Part shown: one piece after another, positions 18,148-25,907 of the stretch
Layout: the number at the start of each line of letters is the position of its first letter
How positions within the stretch are numbered: position 1 is the first letter of the stretch
Origin: Candidatus Woesearchaeota archaeon
Lineage (GTDB): Archaea; Nanobdellota; Nanobdellia; Woesearchaeales; JAGVXP01
NCBI GenBank assembly: GCA_018303725.1
Contig: JAGVXP010000001.1
Location: 1-51,590, forward strand
DNA length: 51,590 nt
Direction of reading: 5' to 3'
Notes under the pieces: model-generated
The model's input: only the letters and a program-made list of their open reading frames with translations
Database searches by the model: none
Told to the model about the DNA's origin: nothing
Translations under genes and position numbers: made by a program

Positions 18148-19137
18148 CTATAGACTTTCCTTTAATATTTTAACAGGGTTTTTCTTTATAATATTTAATG
18201 CTTCGTTGTATTTAAGCAATTTGTTCTTGGCTCCATGGTATTGTATCACAGATTCGGCATTTGCAAAGGCAAGCTGCACAGCAAAATCAATATTACCCTT
18301 CTTTATTATGCCTGCCAGAAATGAAGAAGCAAAAGCATCTCCTGAGCCTGTTGTCTCTACAACCTTTATTTTGTGCGGGCTAGCTGAATATACAATCTTA
18401 TTATTTGAAACATAGACTGGATTTTTCCCATCGGTCACAACAACTATTTTCGGCCCCAATTTTAATAATTTTTTTAATATTTCTTTGATATTTTTTTCCT
18501 TTGTTATTAGATATGCTTCATCTTTGTTTAAAATAAAAATTTCTGTTCTCTTCAATATATTTTTCAAGAAATTAGGCCCTTTTTTAGCTAGATATTCAGA
18601 TGTGTTAAATGCTGTTTTTATCCCTTTTTTCTCAGCAAATTTTGCTAGCTTTTCTAATGTTTTAAAAGATTCCCCTAATAATGTAGAAAAGTAAAACCAT
18701 TTTGTTTTTAATTTATTTGGACCAATTTCAGAAAATTTAAGGTGATTATTGGAACCTTTAAAAGCCAAAATTGTCCTGTCATGCTCCAAGCTGTCTAATA
18801 TTATAGAATAACCAGTCCTACCTTCCTTTGAGCATACTATCAAAGAAGGATCAACATTCTCTCTTTTTAGGTGCCTAATAACCTTAGCCATATTTGCTCC
18901 GGAACCGCCTTTGGTTATGCAGGCAACTTTAAGGCCTAATCTTGCCAAAGCAACCGCTGTGTTAGTAGCGCCACCGCCTGTTGTAAATTCCAGCTCTTCT
19001 ATAAGTATCTTTGAGCCTGTTGGATAAGCTAAAAAATCTGTTTCCCCTTTGCTGTCAAATATCTTAATCAACTCAGAGAACTTTGTCTTAGCGAAAACAT
19101 CTATTGTAGAAGAACCCACTGTGATTACATCGTACAT
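18148..19137 (-). CDS. PfkB-family carbohydrate kinase
   Basis: GGGATNTAV and the C-terminal ETTGSGDAFASSF (DTxGAGD anion-hole motif). TATA tttatatata lies about 25 nt upstream. Confidence 0.85.
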   Translation of the reverse strand: MYDVITVGSSTIDVFAKTKFSELIKIFDSKGETDFLAYPTGSKILIEELEFTTGGGATNTAVALARLGLKVACITKGGSGANMAKVIRHLKRENVDPSLIVCSKEGRTGYSIILDSLEHDRTILAFKGSNNHLKFSEIGPNKLKTKWFYFSTLLGESFKTLEKLAKFAEKKGIKTAFNTSEYLAKKGPNFLKNILKRTEIFILNKDEAYLITKEKNIKEILKKLLKLGPKIVVVTDGKNPVYVSNNKIVYSASPHKIKVVETTGSGDAFASSFLAGIIKKGNIDFAVQLAFANAESVIQYHGAKNKLLKYNEALNIIKKNPVKILKESL

Positions 19138-19184
19138 TTTAATTAATTATCATGGCCCCCTTTATATATAAAACTTTCTATAGC

Positions 19185-19274
19185 GGAGAACGCAAATAAT
19201 TGATTAAAAATAGTTTGCGTTCTCCTGATATAGTGGCAGATATCTATGCTCAATTATTTACTTCCGCCACTATA
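19185..19274 (-). terminator. Two tandem stem-loops plus oligo-T after the upstream membrane-protein gene
   Basis: GGAGAACGCAAA (19185-19196) pairs with TTTGCGTTCTCC (19214-19225) as a perfect 12-bp stem. TATAGTGGC (19229-19237) pairs with GCCACTATA (19266-19274) as a 9-bp stem. On the minus strand a T-rich run (ccttttt atttttt ctttt) directly follows the stop at 19293. Confidence 0.4.
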
Positions 19275-19292
19275 AAAGAAAAAATAAAAAGG

Positions 19293-19655
19293 TTATTTGC
19301 CTAAATCAACTATAGCTTTAAAGGAAACAACCAATGCTGCAGGTGCTACAAGTGCTATGATGTTAGCAAAAACAAGTCCTATAGCTGGTGTTATTTGTGC
19401 AAACAAAACTGCCACACCTATCATCATTAAAGCCATTGTTGTCACTAAAAAAGCTGTTGTTTCTTTTTCTTTTATATTTAAAAACCCTACCACTAATCCG
19501 AATATTATCAACAACCATTTTAAAAGTAAAGAGAATATGGCTAATATACGCCCCATGCCTCCTATTCCAAATGTATAAATTATTGGAAATAGCAATCCTG
19601 TTATTATTGCTACCCCTAATCCGATTACAAGTGACCATTTTCCTGCGTTTCCCAT
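19293..19655 (-). CDS. Small four-helix membrane protein
   Basis: 120 aa, almost entirely hydrophobic helices, with a strong RBS GGGAGGCGGT upstream of the ATG. Confidence 0.55.
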   Translation of the reverse strand: MGNAGKWSLVIGLGVAIITGLLFPIIYTFGIGGMGRILAIFSLLLKWLLIIFGLVVGFLNIKEKETTAFLVTTMALMMIGVAVLFAQITPAIGLVFANIIALVAPAALVVSFKAIVDLGK

Positions 19656-19723
19656 TGTTTACCGCCTCCCTTTATTTTTTTATATTCATACATCTATAAA
19701 GATTGTATATAAAACTATCTAAA

Positions 19724-20752
19724 TCAGATTATATTGTCTAATATGTCATGAGCGTTGATAGCTGCTAAATGGCTGTCTAATTTTCTGCCTATTTTAGCCA
19801 AAAAAATTGTTTTTTGGTATTCTTTTTCTTGGTTGGTTATTCTGGCAGACCTGTCTGCTTCAATCAGGCCATAAGGATAACCTGGAAATATAGGATCATT
19901 AGAATTGTCTGATAATAAGCTCAAAACTTCTTCAGCATTGGCTTTTTGCTTATCGTATATCTCAAACCTAAAAACGTGTTTTGATTTTTCATGCAATTTT
20001 ATAAAAAACATTTCTGCTTTATGATTTTCATTAGTTATCTCAACAATAGGATGGTAAAACCAAGGATTTTCAGGCCCTATAACATTTAATAAAGCGTTTA
20101 TAGAATTGCCATTATTTGTCAATATATTGGAACTTTTACATAAACCGGTTATTGTAACATCTTTTTTAAGGGCTTTGTCATATATCAAATTAAAATATTT
20201 TGCTTCATTTGTTATACTAGCCTGTAAATCCCTGTCCATAACAATTATGGTTCCTTCATCTAACTCCTCAACCAGTTTTTCGGCTAATTTTAATTCCGCA
20301 AATCTTCTGGCTATTTCGCCTATTTTTGATATTATAACCCTATGAATGCCTGTCCTTAATGTTGAGTCAAAAGAATCAAAGATTAAATCTTCTTTGTTTA
20401 AGTTTAGATCATTATTGAATATTTCTGCCTCATAATTTATTTTATTGTTTTTGTTAACAGCATTAAGGAAAACATATGACTGGTGCTTTTTGGATTTTAG
20501 CTTTTTATTTTTGAGGTAGACATTATAATAAACCCTTATGATGTGTAAAGAGAAGTTGGCTGCTTTTATTATCTCTGCGTTCCCGCCATCAATAAAAGCT
20601 ATTTTTTTGTTTGAGCTTATAGCTTTTATAAAATGAAAATTATTTTTATCTATTTTTAAAGGTTTATAGCTTTTATCAGAAAAATTAGGACAGTCTTCCC
20701 TATCTGGGATATTGTTCAAAGAATTGACTATGTGCCTTATTACCTCTTCCAT
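19724..20752 (-). CDS. NurA-domain 5'-3' nuclease-like protein
   Basis: KIAFIDGGNAEI near the N-terminal third, IIVMDRDLQ mid-protein and C-terminal PGYPYGLIEADRSARI resemble the NurA motifs (DGS..., LDG.L, GYP..L..AH). Assignment is from motif memory. Confidence 0.55.
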   Translation of the reverse strand: MEEVIRHIVNSLNNIPDREDCPNFSDKSYKPLKIDKNNFHFIKAISSNKKIAFIDGGNAEIIKAANFSLHIIRVYYNVYLKNKKLKSKKHQSYVFLNAVNKNNKINYEAEIFNNDLNLNKEDLIFDSFDSTLRTGIHRVIISKIGEIARRFAELKLAEKLVEELDEGTIIVMDRDLQASITNEAKYFNLIYDKALKKDVTITGLCKSSNILTNNGNSINALLNVIGPENPWFYHPIVEITNENHKAEMFFIKLHEKSKHVFRFEIYDKQKANAEEVLSLLSDNSNDPIFPGYPYGLIEADRSARITNQEKEYQKTIFLAKIGRKLDSHLAAINAHDILDNII

Positions 20753-20832
20753 ACAACAGCTGTATTTTTACTCCTTTTTATAGTTTATTATTTCCAAAAA
20801 GTATATATAATAGATAACCAATAAGGGGGAGT

Positions 20833-21693
20833 ATGGTACTAGAACAGATATACCCATTAAAATTAATAGAAAAGCACTGGATATTTGCCTTTATTTTAGG
20901 CGTGTCCTACTCAATTATAGGTATTGGCACCTCTATTATCCTTTTTCCAGAAGACCCGGCAATTGTAGCGGTGGCATTTATATCCATCATGATATTGCCA
21001 ACTTTGAATAAACTATTGAAAGAAGAGGAAGAGATTGAAAGCCAGAAGGATGAATTCAACTTGTTTATTTTTTTGAGAGACCACAAATATATCTTTTTGA
21101 TTTATATATTGTTGTTTTTAGGTGTTTTGTTGGGGTTTTCTTTTTTTACCTTGGGTTTGCCTGAGCTGACAACAAACCATATCTTTGAAAACCAGGTTAA
21201 TGTGCTGTATGGCGATGCTAAAGCAGGGGGGGCTGTTTTTAATACAACTTTATTTAAGGATATATTTTTCAATAACCTCACTGTACTAATAATTTGTTTT
21301 GTCACAGCATTTGTATTGGGCGATGGGGCAATTTTTTTAATCACATGGAATGCTTCGGTGTGGGGCACTATATTTGGCATATATGCTAAAAATGCTGCAG
21401 CAGCCGGGTTTTATAATCCTTTCTTGAGCTTTGTTATTGTTATAGCTATAGCTTTTGTGCATCTGACACTTGAGGCTTTTGCTTATATTTCCTCTGCAAC
21501 AGCAGGGGGCGTAGTTTCAAAAGGCATCCTAAAAGAAAAATTCTTTTCAGAAAGATTTTTACATATTATAAAAAATACCATAATACTGATTATATTTGCT
21601 ATAATTGTATTGTTGGTAGCTGTGACAGCAGAAACATTTGTTTTGGGGAATGTGGGCACATACCAAACAATCATAAAGCAGAGTTTTAGTTAA
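20833..21693 (+). CDS. SpoIIM/DUF95-like integral membrane protein
   Basis: IFFNNLTVLIICFVTAFVLGDGAIFLITWNASVWGTIFG matches the SpoIIM-family core pattern (F.NN..V....G...G.....NG...G). About 6 TM helices. Confidence 0.55.
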   Translation: MVLEQIYPLKLIEKHWIFAFILGVSYSIIGIGTSIILFPEDPAIVAVAFISIMILPTLNKLLKEEEEIESQKDEFNLFIFLRDHKYIFLIYILLFLGVLLGFSFFTLGLPELTTNHIFENQVNVLYGDAKAGGAVFNTTLFKDIFFNNLTVLIICFVTAFVLGDGAIFLITWNASVWGTIFGIYAKNAAAAGFYNPFLSFVIVIAIAFVHLTLEAFAYISSATAGGVVSKGILKEKFFSERFLHIIKNTIILIIFAIIVLLVAVTAETFVLGNVGTYQTIIKQSFS

Positions 21694-21733
21694 AACCCAA
21701 ATATTTTTATATTGATTGTTTATTCTTAAAGCT

Positions 21734-22639
21734 ATGAACCAAGATAAAATGATAGAAGAAATTATAAAATTAAAGAAAGAAAAAAACGCTGTTATGCTTG
21801 TGCATAATTACCAAAGGCCTGAAATCTATAAGATAGCTGACTTTATAGGAGATTCTTTGGAGCTGGCAAGGGCGGCTGCAAAAACAGATGCCCAAATCAT
21901 TGTTTTCTGCGGCGTTGATTTTATGGCAGAATCCGCCAAAATACTAAACCCTGAAAAGACAGTCCTGCATCCTGAAAAATTGGCTGTATGCCCAATGGCC
22001 CAGATGGTAACAGTTGAGCAGATAAAGGAAATGAGAAAAAAATACCCCAGGGCTGTTGTTGTCAGCTATGTCAATACAACAGCAGAGGTAAAGGCAGAGT
22101 CAGATGTCTGCTGCACATCTGCAAATGCTGTCAATGTTGTTGCCTCATTGAAGGAAAAGGAGATCATATTCACACCTGACAAAAATTTGGCCTTGTATGT
22201 CCAGTCAAAATTGCCGGATAAAAAAATAATCATTCTGGAAGGCTATTGCTATGTCCATGACAAAATATTGGCAGAAAGCGTTAAAAAATCCAAAGAACTG
22301 CATCCCAATGCCAAACTAGTTGTCCATCCAGAATGCAGGCCTGATGTAATAAAACTGGCAGATGCTGTTTGCAGCACAAGCCAAATGATAAAATATTGCA
22401 AAGAGAATGATGCAAAAGAGTTTATAATTGGGACAGAAGAAGGTATGATCAATAGGCTGAAAATGGATTGTCCTGGTAAAAAGTTTTATTGTGTTGGCGG
22501 CACATGCTTACAGATGAAGAAAATAACCCTGGAGAAGATTTATGACACTTTAAAGAATGAAAAGGGTAAAGTAGAGATTAAGGAAAAAATAAGATTAAAA
22601 GCTAAAAAAGCACTGGACAGGATGTTAGAGGTTTCCTAA
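21734..22639 (+). CDS. nadA: Quinolinate synthase
   Basis: MNQDKMIEEIIKLKKEKNAVMLVHNYQRPEI...DFIGDSLELA is the typical NadA N-terminus, and conserved Cys residues are present. Start is moved to ATG 21734. Confidence 0.9.
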   Translation: MNQDKMIEEIIKLKKEKNAVMLVHNYQRPEIYKIADFIGDSLELARAAAKTDAQIIVFCGVDFMAESAKILNPEKTVLHPEKLAVCPMAQMVTVEQIKEMRKKYPRAVVVSYVNTTAEVKAESDVCCTSANAVNVVASLKEKEIIFTPDKNLALYVQSKLPDKKIIILEGYCYVHDKILAESVKKSKELHPNAKLVVHPECRPDVIKLADAVCSTSQMIKYCKENDAKEFIIGTEEGMINRLKMDCPGKKFYCVGGTCLQMKKITLEKIYDTLKNEKGKVEIKEKIRLKAKKALDRMLEVS

Positions 22640-22801
22640 CTATGCCTGCCCGGTTTCTGTATATTTTTTCATAAGGCGCTCAATTACCACATGCGGCACA
22701 TATCCTCTCTTGCTACATGCCCTCACAAAGTCATCATATATCACTCTGTCTATATTATAGTCTAACTTCATCTTTTGGGGTCCTTTCGGAGTTGAAGCCA
22801 T
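22640..22801 (-). CDS. Small ribbon-helix-helix-like protein (53 aa)
   Basis: Hand translation: MASTPKGPQKMKLDYNIDRVIYDDFVRACSKRGYVPHVVIERLMKKYTETGQA. It has a beta-strand then two-helix pattern and resembles the 51-aa ORF at 39121. Its stop abuts the nadA stop. It is below the ORF-track cutoff. Confidence 0.45.
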   Translation of the reverse strand: MASTPKGPQKMKLDYNIDRVIYDDFVRACSKRGYVPHVVIERLMKKYTETGQA

Positions 22802-22910
22802 AAACCATCACCAATGCACCGAGAGAAGCGGTAGTTTATAAATCTATTGTTGGTTATTAATTAAAAATTTCTCCCAAACATTTAAATAGTTTTTATTCTA
22901 ACATCTGCTT

Positions 22911-23858
22911 ATGGACAGAAAAAAACTGCTTGAAAAAGCATTCCAAAGAGGCAATCTGCTTACTGTAAAGAACAAGCTTTATAAGAGCTGGATAGATAAA
23001 TTTATAATTGATGAAATGAAGGGGGATATTGGCCTGAAGGGGGATATAACTTCAAATAATATCTTAAAAAATGGAAAAAACATAAAAGCAGTTATTTACT
23101 CAAGGTCGAATGGGATACTGGCAGGAATGGAAGAGGTGTCTTTGCTGTTAAAAGAATTTAAAATAAGGATAAAACAGCTAAAAAAAGACGGCTCTAAAAT
23201 AAAAAAGGGCTCTAAATTAATTTTATTGGAAGGGAATGGAAAAAACATATTAAAATTGGAAAGGGCTATTTTGGATGTTCTGTCAAGGATGTCAGGAATT
23301 GCTACATTAACCAACAGCCTGCTTAAAAAAATAAAAAATAAAGTCCCTATTGCCTCAACAAGAAAAATAGAGTGGCGTTATCTAGACAAAAAGGCAGTTT
23401 ATGTTGGTGGGGGCTTAACTCACAGATTAGCTCTATGGGAATCTATACTGATCAAAGACAACCATCTAGCTGCTTTAAGAAGAGAAAAGGTTAAAGATGT
23501 TGTAGGAACTGCTTTGGAAAGAGCATGGAAAAACAAGAAAAAAAGCATTTTCATTGAAACAGAAACAGCAAATGAAAAACAGGCAATAAGAGCAGCTGAA
23601 AAATTCAGGGAATTAAAAATTAAGTCAAATGATATGCCGTGCTTGGTTATGCTCGACAATATGAATCCTAAAAAAATAAAACGTATAGTAAAAAAGCTAA
23701 AAGCTAAGAAACTATTTAATTATGTGCTGATAGAAGCATCGGGCGGCATTAACCCTATTAATATAAAAGAATACGCTAAAACAGGCGTTGATGTGCTTTC
23801 ACTAGGTTACTTAACAACATCCCTGCATTCCTTAAACATAAAATTAAAGGTGATGTAA
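22911..23858 (+). CDS. nadC: Nicotinate-nucleotide pyrophosphorylase (quinolinate phosphoribosyltransferase)
   Basis: ERAILDVLSRMSGIATLT, GGGLTHRLALWESILIKDNH and the C-terminal EASGGI motif. TATA catttaaatag lies about 25 nt upstream. Confidence 0.85.
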   Translation: MDRKKLLEKAFQRGNLLTVKNKLYKSWIDKFIIDEMKGDIGLKGDITSNNILKNGKNIKAVIYSRSNGILAGMEEVSLLLKEFKIRIKQLKKDGSKIKKGSKLILLEGNGKNILKLERAILDVLSRMSGIATLTNSLLKKIKNKVPIASTRKIEWRYLDKKAVYVGGGLTHRLALWESILIKDNHLAALRREKVKDVVGTALERAWKNKKKSIFIETETANEKQAIRAAEKFRELKIKSNDMPCLVMLDNMNPKKIKRIVKKLKAKKLFNYVLIEASGGINPINIKEYAKTGVDVLSLGYLTTSLHSLNIKLKVM

Positions 23859-23916
23859 ATCAAAGATTTACAGCACCCATTAAAAATTTTTATAAAATTT
23901 TAAATAGGTAGTCTAA

Positions 23917-24708
23917 ATGAAAATCGGAGTTATCGGCTGCGGCGCAATTGGCTCGGTTTTGTGTAAATTTATAGATAAAGAACTAAAAGATTCAAAACTG
24001 GTTGCTATATGTGATATTGACAAAAAAAAGGCAGAAAAACTCTCAAACTCGTTGAAAAGCAAGCCAGAAATAACTGATATAGGCAGTTTAATAAAAAAAT
24101 CAGACCTAATTGTAGAAGCGGTTTCCCCGTCAATTGTTAAACAAGTATTAGAAAAATGCATAAAAAACAAAAAACACCTTATGGTTATGAGCGTTGGCGG
24201 CTTAATCCAAGATATGGGCCTATTAAAAAAATTAACAGCCCGCTTATTCATTCCTTCAGGAGCAATTTGTGGTATAGATGGTGTCAAAGCAGCAGCCATT
24301 GAAAAAATAAGCTCAGCTGCGATAACATCAACAAAAAGCCCGAAAAGCCTTGAAGGAGCGCCTTATATTATAAAAAATAAAATAGATTTAAGGAAAATAA
24401 GAAAAAAAACAAAAATATTTGAGGGAAACGCTTTGGAAGCAATAAAAGGCTTCCCGGCAAATGTGAATGTTTCTGCTGTTTTAAGTTTAGCTGGAATTGG
24501 AGCAAAGAAAACCAAGGTCAAAGTTGTTGTTGACCCAAAAACAAAAAGAAACGTCCATGAAATAGAGGTTATCGGCTCATTCGGAAAACTAACAGCAAAG
24601 GTGGAAAATGTAGTAAGCCCCTTAAACCCAAAAACAAGTCATTTAGCTGTTTTAAGCGCCTGTGCTACTTTGAAAAGGCTGACCGGGCATGTGAAAATTG
24701 GGAATTAA
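23917..24708 (+). CDS. nadX: L-aspartate dehydrogenase
   Basis: Rossmann start MKIGVIGCGAIG, mid-protein PSGAICGIDGVKAA, and a C-terminal ...NPKTSHLAVLSA motif typical of NadX. Confidence 0.9.
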   Translation: MKIGVIGCGAIGSVLCKFIDKELKDSKLVAICDIDKKKAEKLSNSLKSKPEITDIGSLIKKSDLIVEAVSPSIVKQVLEKCIKNKKHLMVMSVGGLIQDMGLLKKLTARLFIPSGAICGIDGVKAAAIEKISSAAITSTKSPKSLEGAPYIIKNKIDLRKIRKKTKIFEGNALEAIKGFPANVNVSAVLSLAGIGAKKTKVKVVVDPKTKRNVHEIEVIGSFGKLTAKVENVVSPLNPKTSHLAVLSACATLKRLTGHVKIGN

Positions 24709-24759
24709 TCTACAATAAACTAAATAAGTGGCTGGAAAAAGCAAGAAAAAATAAAAAAT

Positions 24760-24777
24760 CCCCGACCAAAGTCGGGG
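24760..24777. terminator. GC-rich hairpin between convergent nadX and dus
   Basis: CCCCGAC caaa GTCGGGG is a perfect 7-bp stem, flanked by A/T runs on both sides. Confidence 0.4.
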
Positions 24778-24820
24778 TATGAAACCCAAGTTTGAGCAAT
24801 CAATATTGAAACTATTTTAA

Positions 24821-25657
24821 CTAAAGCTCACCACTATCAGAAATATGTTCACTAAGGTTCTTAACACTGTGTTTTAGAATATTCTTTCTGTACCTGAAAG
24901 GTTCGCCAAACTTAGTTGCCAAATCAACATACTCTTTGAAGATTGTTTCTAAAGGCGGAGAACTAACACCTTTCAATTTGTTAAAGATTGAAGGATCAAG
25001 AATTGCAGCACGACCAATCATAGCACCCTTAACACCAACACCTTTCAAAAAATCAATCTGCTCTTTAGCCTTAATATCGCCATTAGCAATAATTGTTTTG
25101 CCTGTCTTTACACATTCTTCATAAACACCGAAATCAGCAGGCTCTGCATAAGTCTGCTGGCCATGCCTTGCATGCACAACAAAAAAATCAGCATCAACAG
25201 CATCAATAAGATTGAGATAAGCCTTCTTCTCTTTTTCATACTTGTTCAAGCCAAGCCTTATCTTAACGCTAACAGGAAAACCTTTCTCCTTGATAATATT
25301 AACTAACTTTTTTGTCTTGGAAACTCGTTTAATCATAGCGCAACCAACACCATGATTAACAAAGTTAGGAGCAGGACAACCAAGGTTAAAATTAAAACCA
25401 TTAAAACCCGGCTGCTTCTCAAACATACTCAGGAATTTCTTCAGAAAAATATCCCTGTGACCAATAAGCTGAATAACAGTAGGGGTGTTATCCTTTAAAA
25501 AAATTCTTTGCCAAGTTGTTTTATTATTTTTTGCCAGACTTCCAAATCTTACTACTTCAGTAAAAGTCAAATCGGCGCCATACTTATGACAACTACTTCT
25601 AAAAGCATTGCTGGTCATGTCCTCTATTGGCGCAAGCATGAAAGTGAATTTACCCAT
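24821..25657 (-). CDS. tRNA-dihydrouridine synthase
   Basis: MLAPIEDMTSNAFR, NFNLGCPAP, VSVKIRLG and HARHG motifs of the Dus family. Start is moved to ATG 25657 (MGKFTFMLAP). Confidence 0.85.
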   Translation of the reverse strand: MGKFTFMLAPIEDMTSNAFRSSCHKYGADLTFTEVVRFGSLAKNNKTTWQRIFLKDNTPTVIQLIGHRDIFLKKFLSMFEKQPGFNGFNFNLGCPAPNFVNHGVGCAMIKRVSKTKKLVNIIKEKGFPVSVKIRLGLNKYEKEKKAYLNLIDAVDADFFVVHARHGQQTYAEPADFGVYEECVKTGKTIIANGDIKAKEQIDFLKGVGVKGAMIGRAAILDPSIFNKLKGVSSPPLETIFKEYVDLATKFGEPFRYRKNILKHSVKNLSEHISDSGEL

Positions 25658-25907
25658 ATAAAAACATGAATAGAACTTATTTATAATGTTTTGGTAGAAA
25701 ATAGACTTTATTGGGAAGAAACAGAAATTGGCATGAAGATAAGATGCAGAAAACCAAAGCATAGAAACCTTGTTGTTTGTCTGCTTGGTTTAAAACATAA
25801 TATTAAGACTCTTCTAAGAGCTAAAGCTCTTAGTTTATGGTGCTATTTCGCACCAACCTCAGATTATCCCAAAGCTTTTTAAACAATTTCTTATTCTATC
25901 AAGAAAC

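Noticed and set aside
25691-25882. 63-aa plus-strand ORF in the dus-topA intergenic region.
   Set aside because: It overlaps the dus 5' end and the topA promoter (TATA-like agctttttaaaca near 25873). It has no motif or translation signal.
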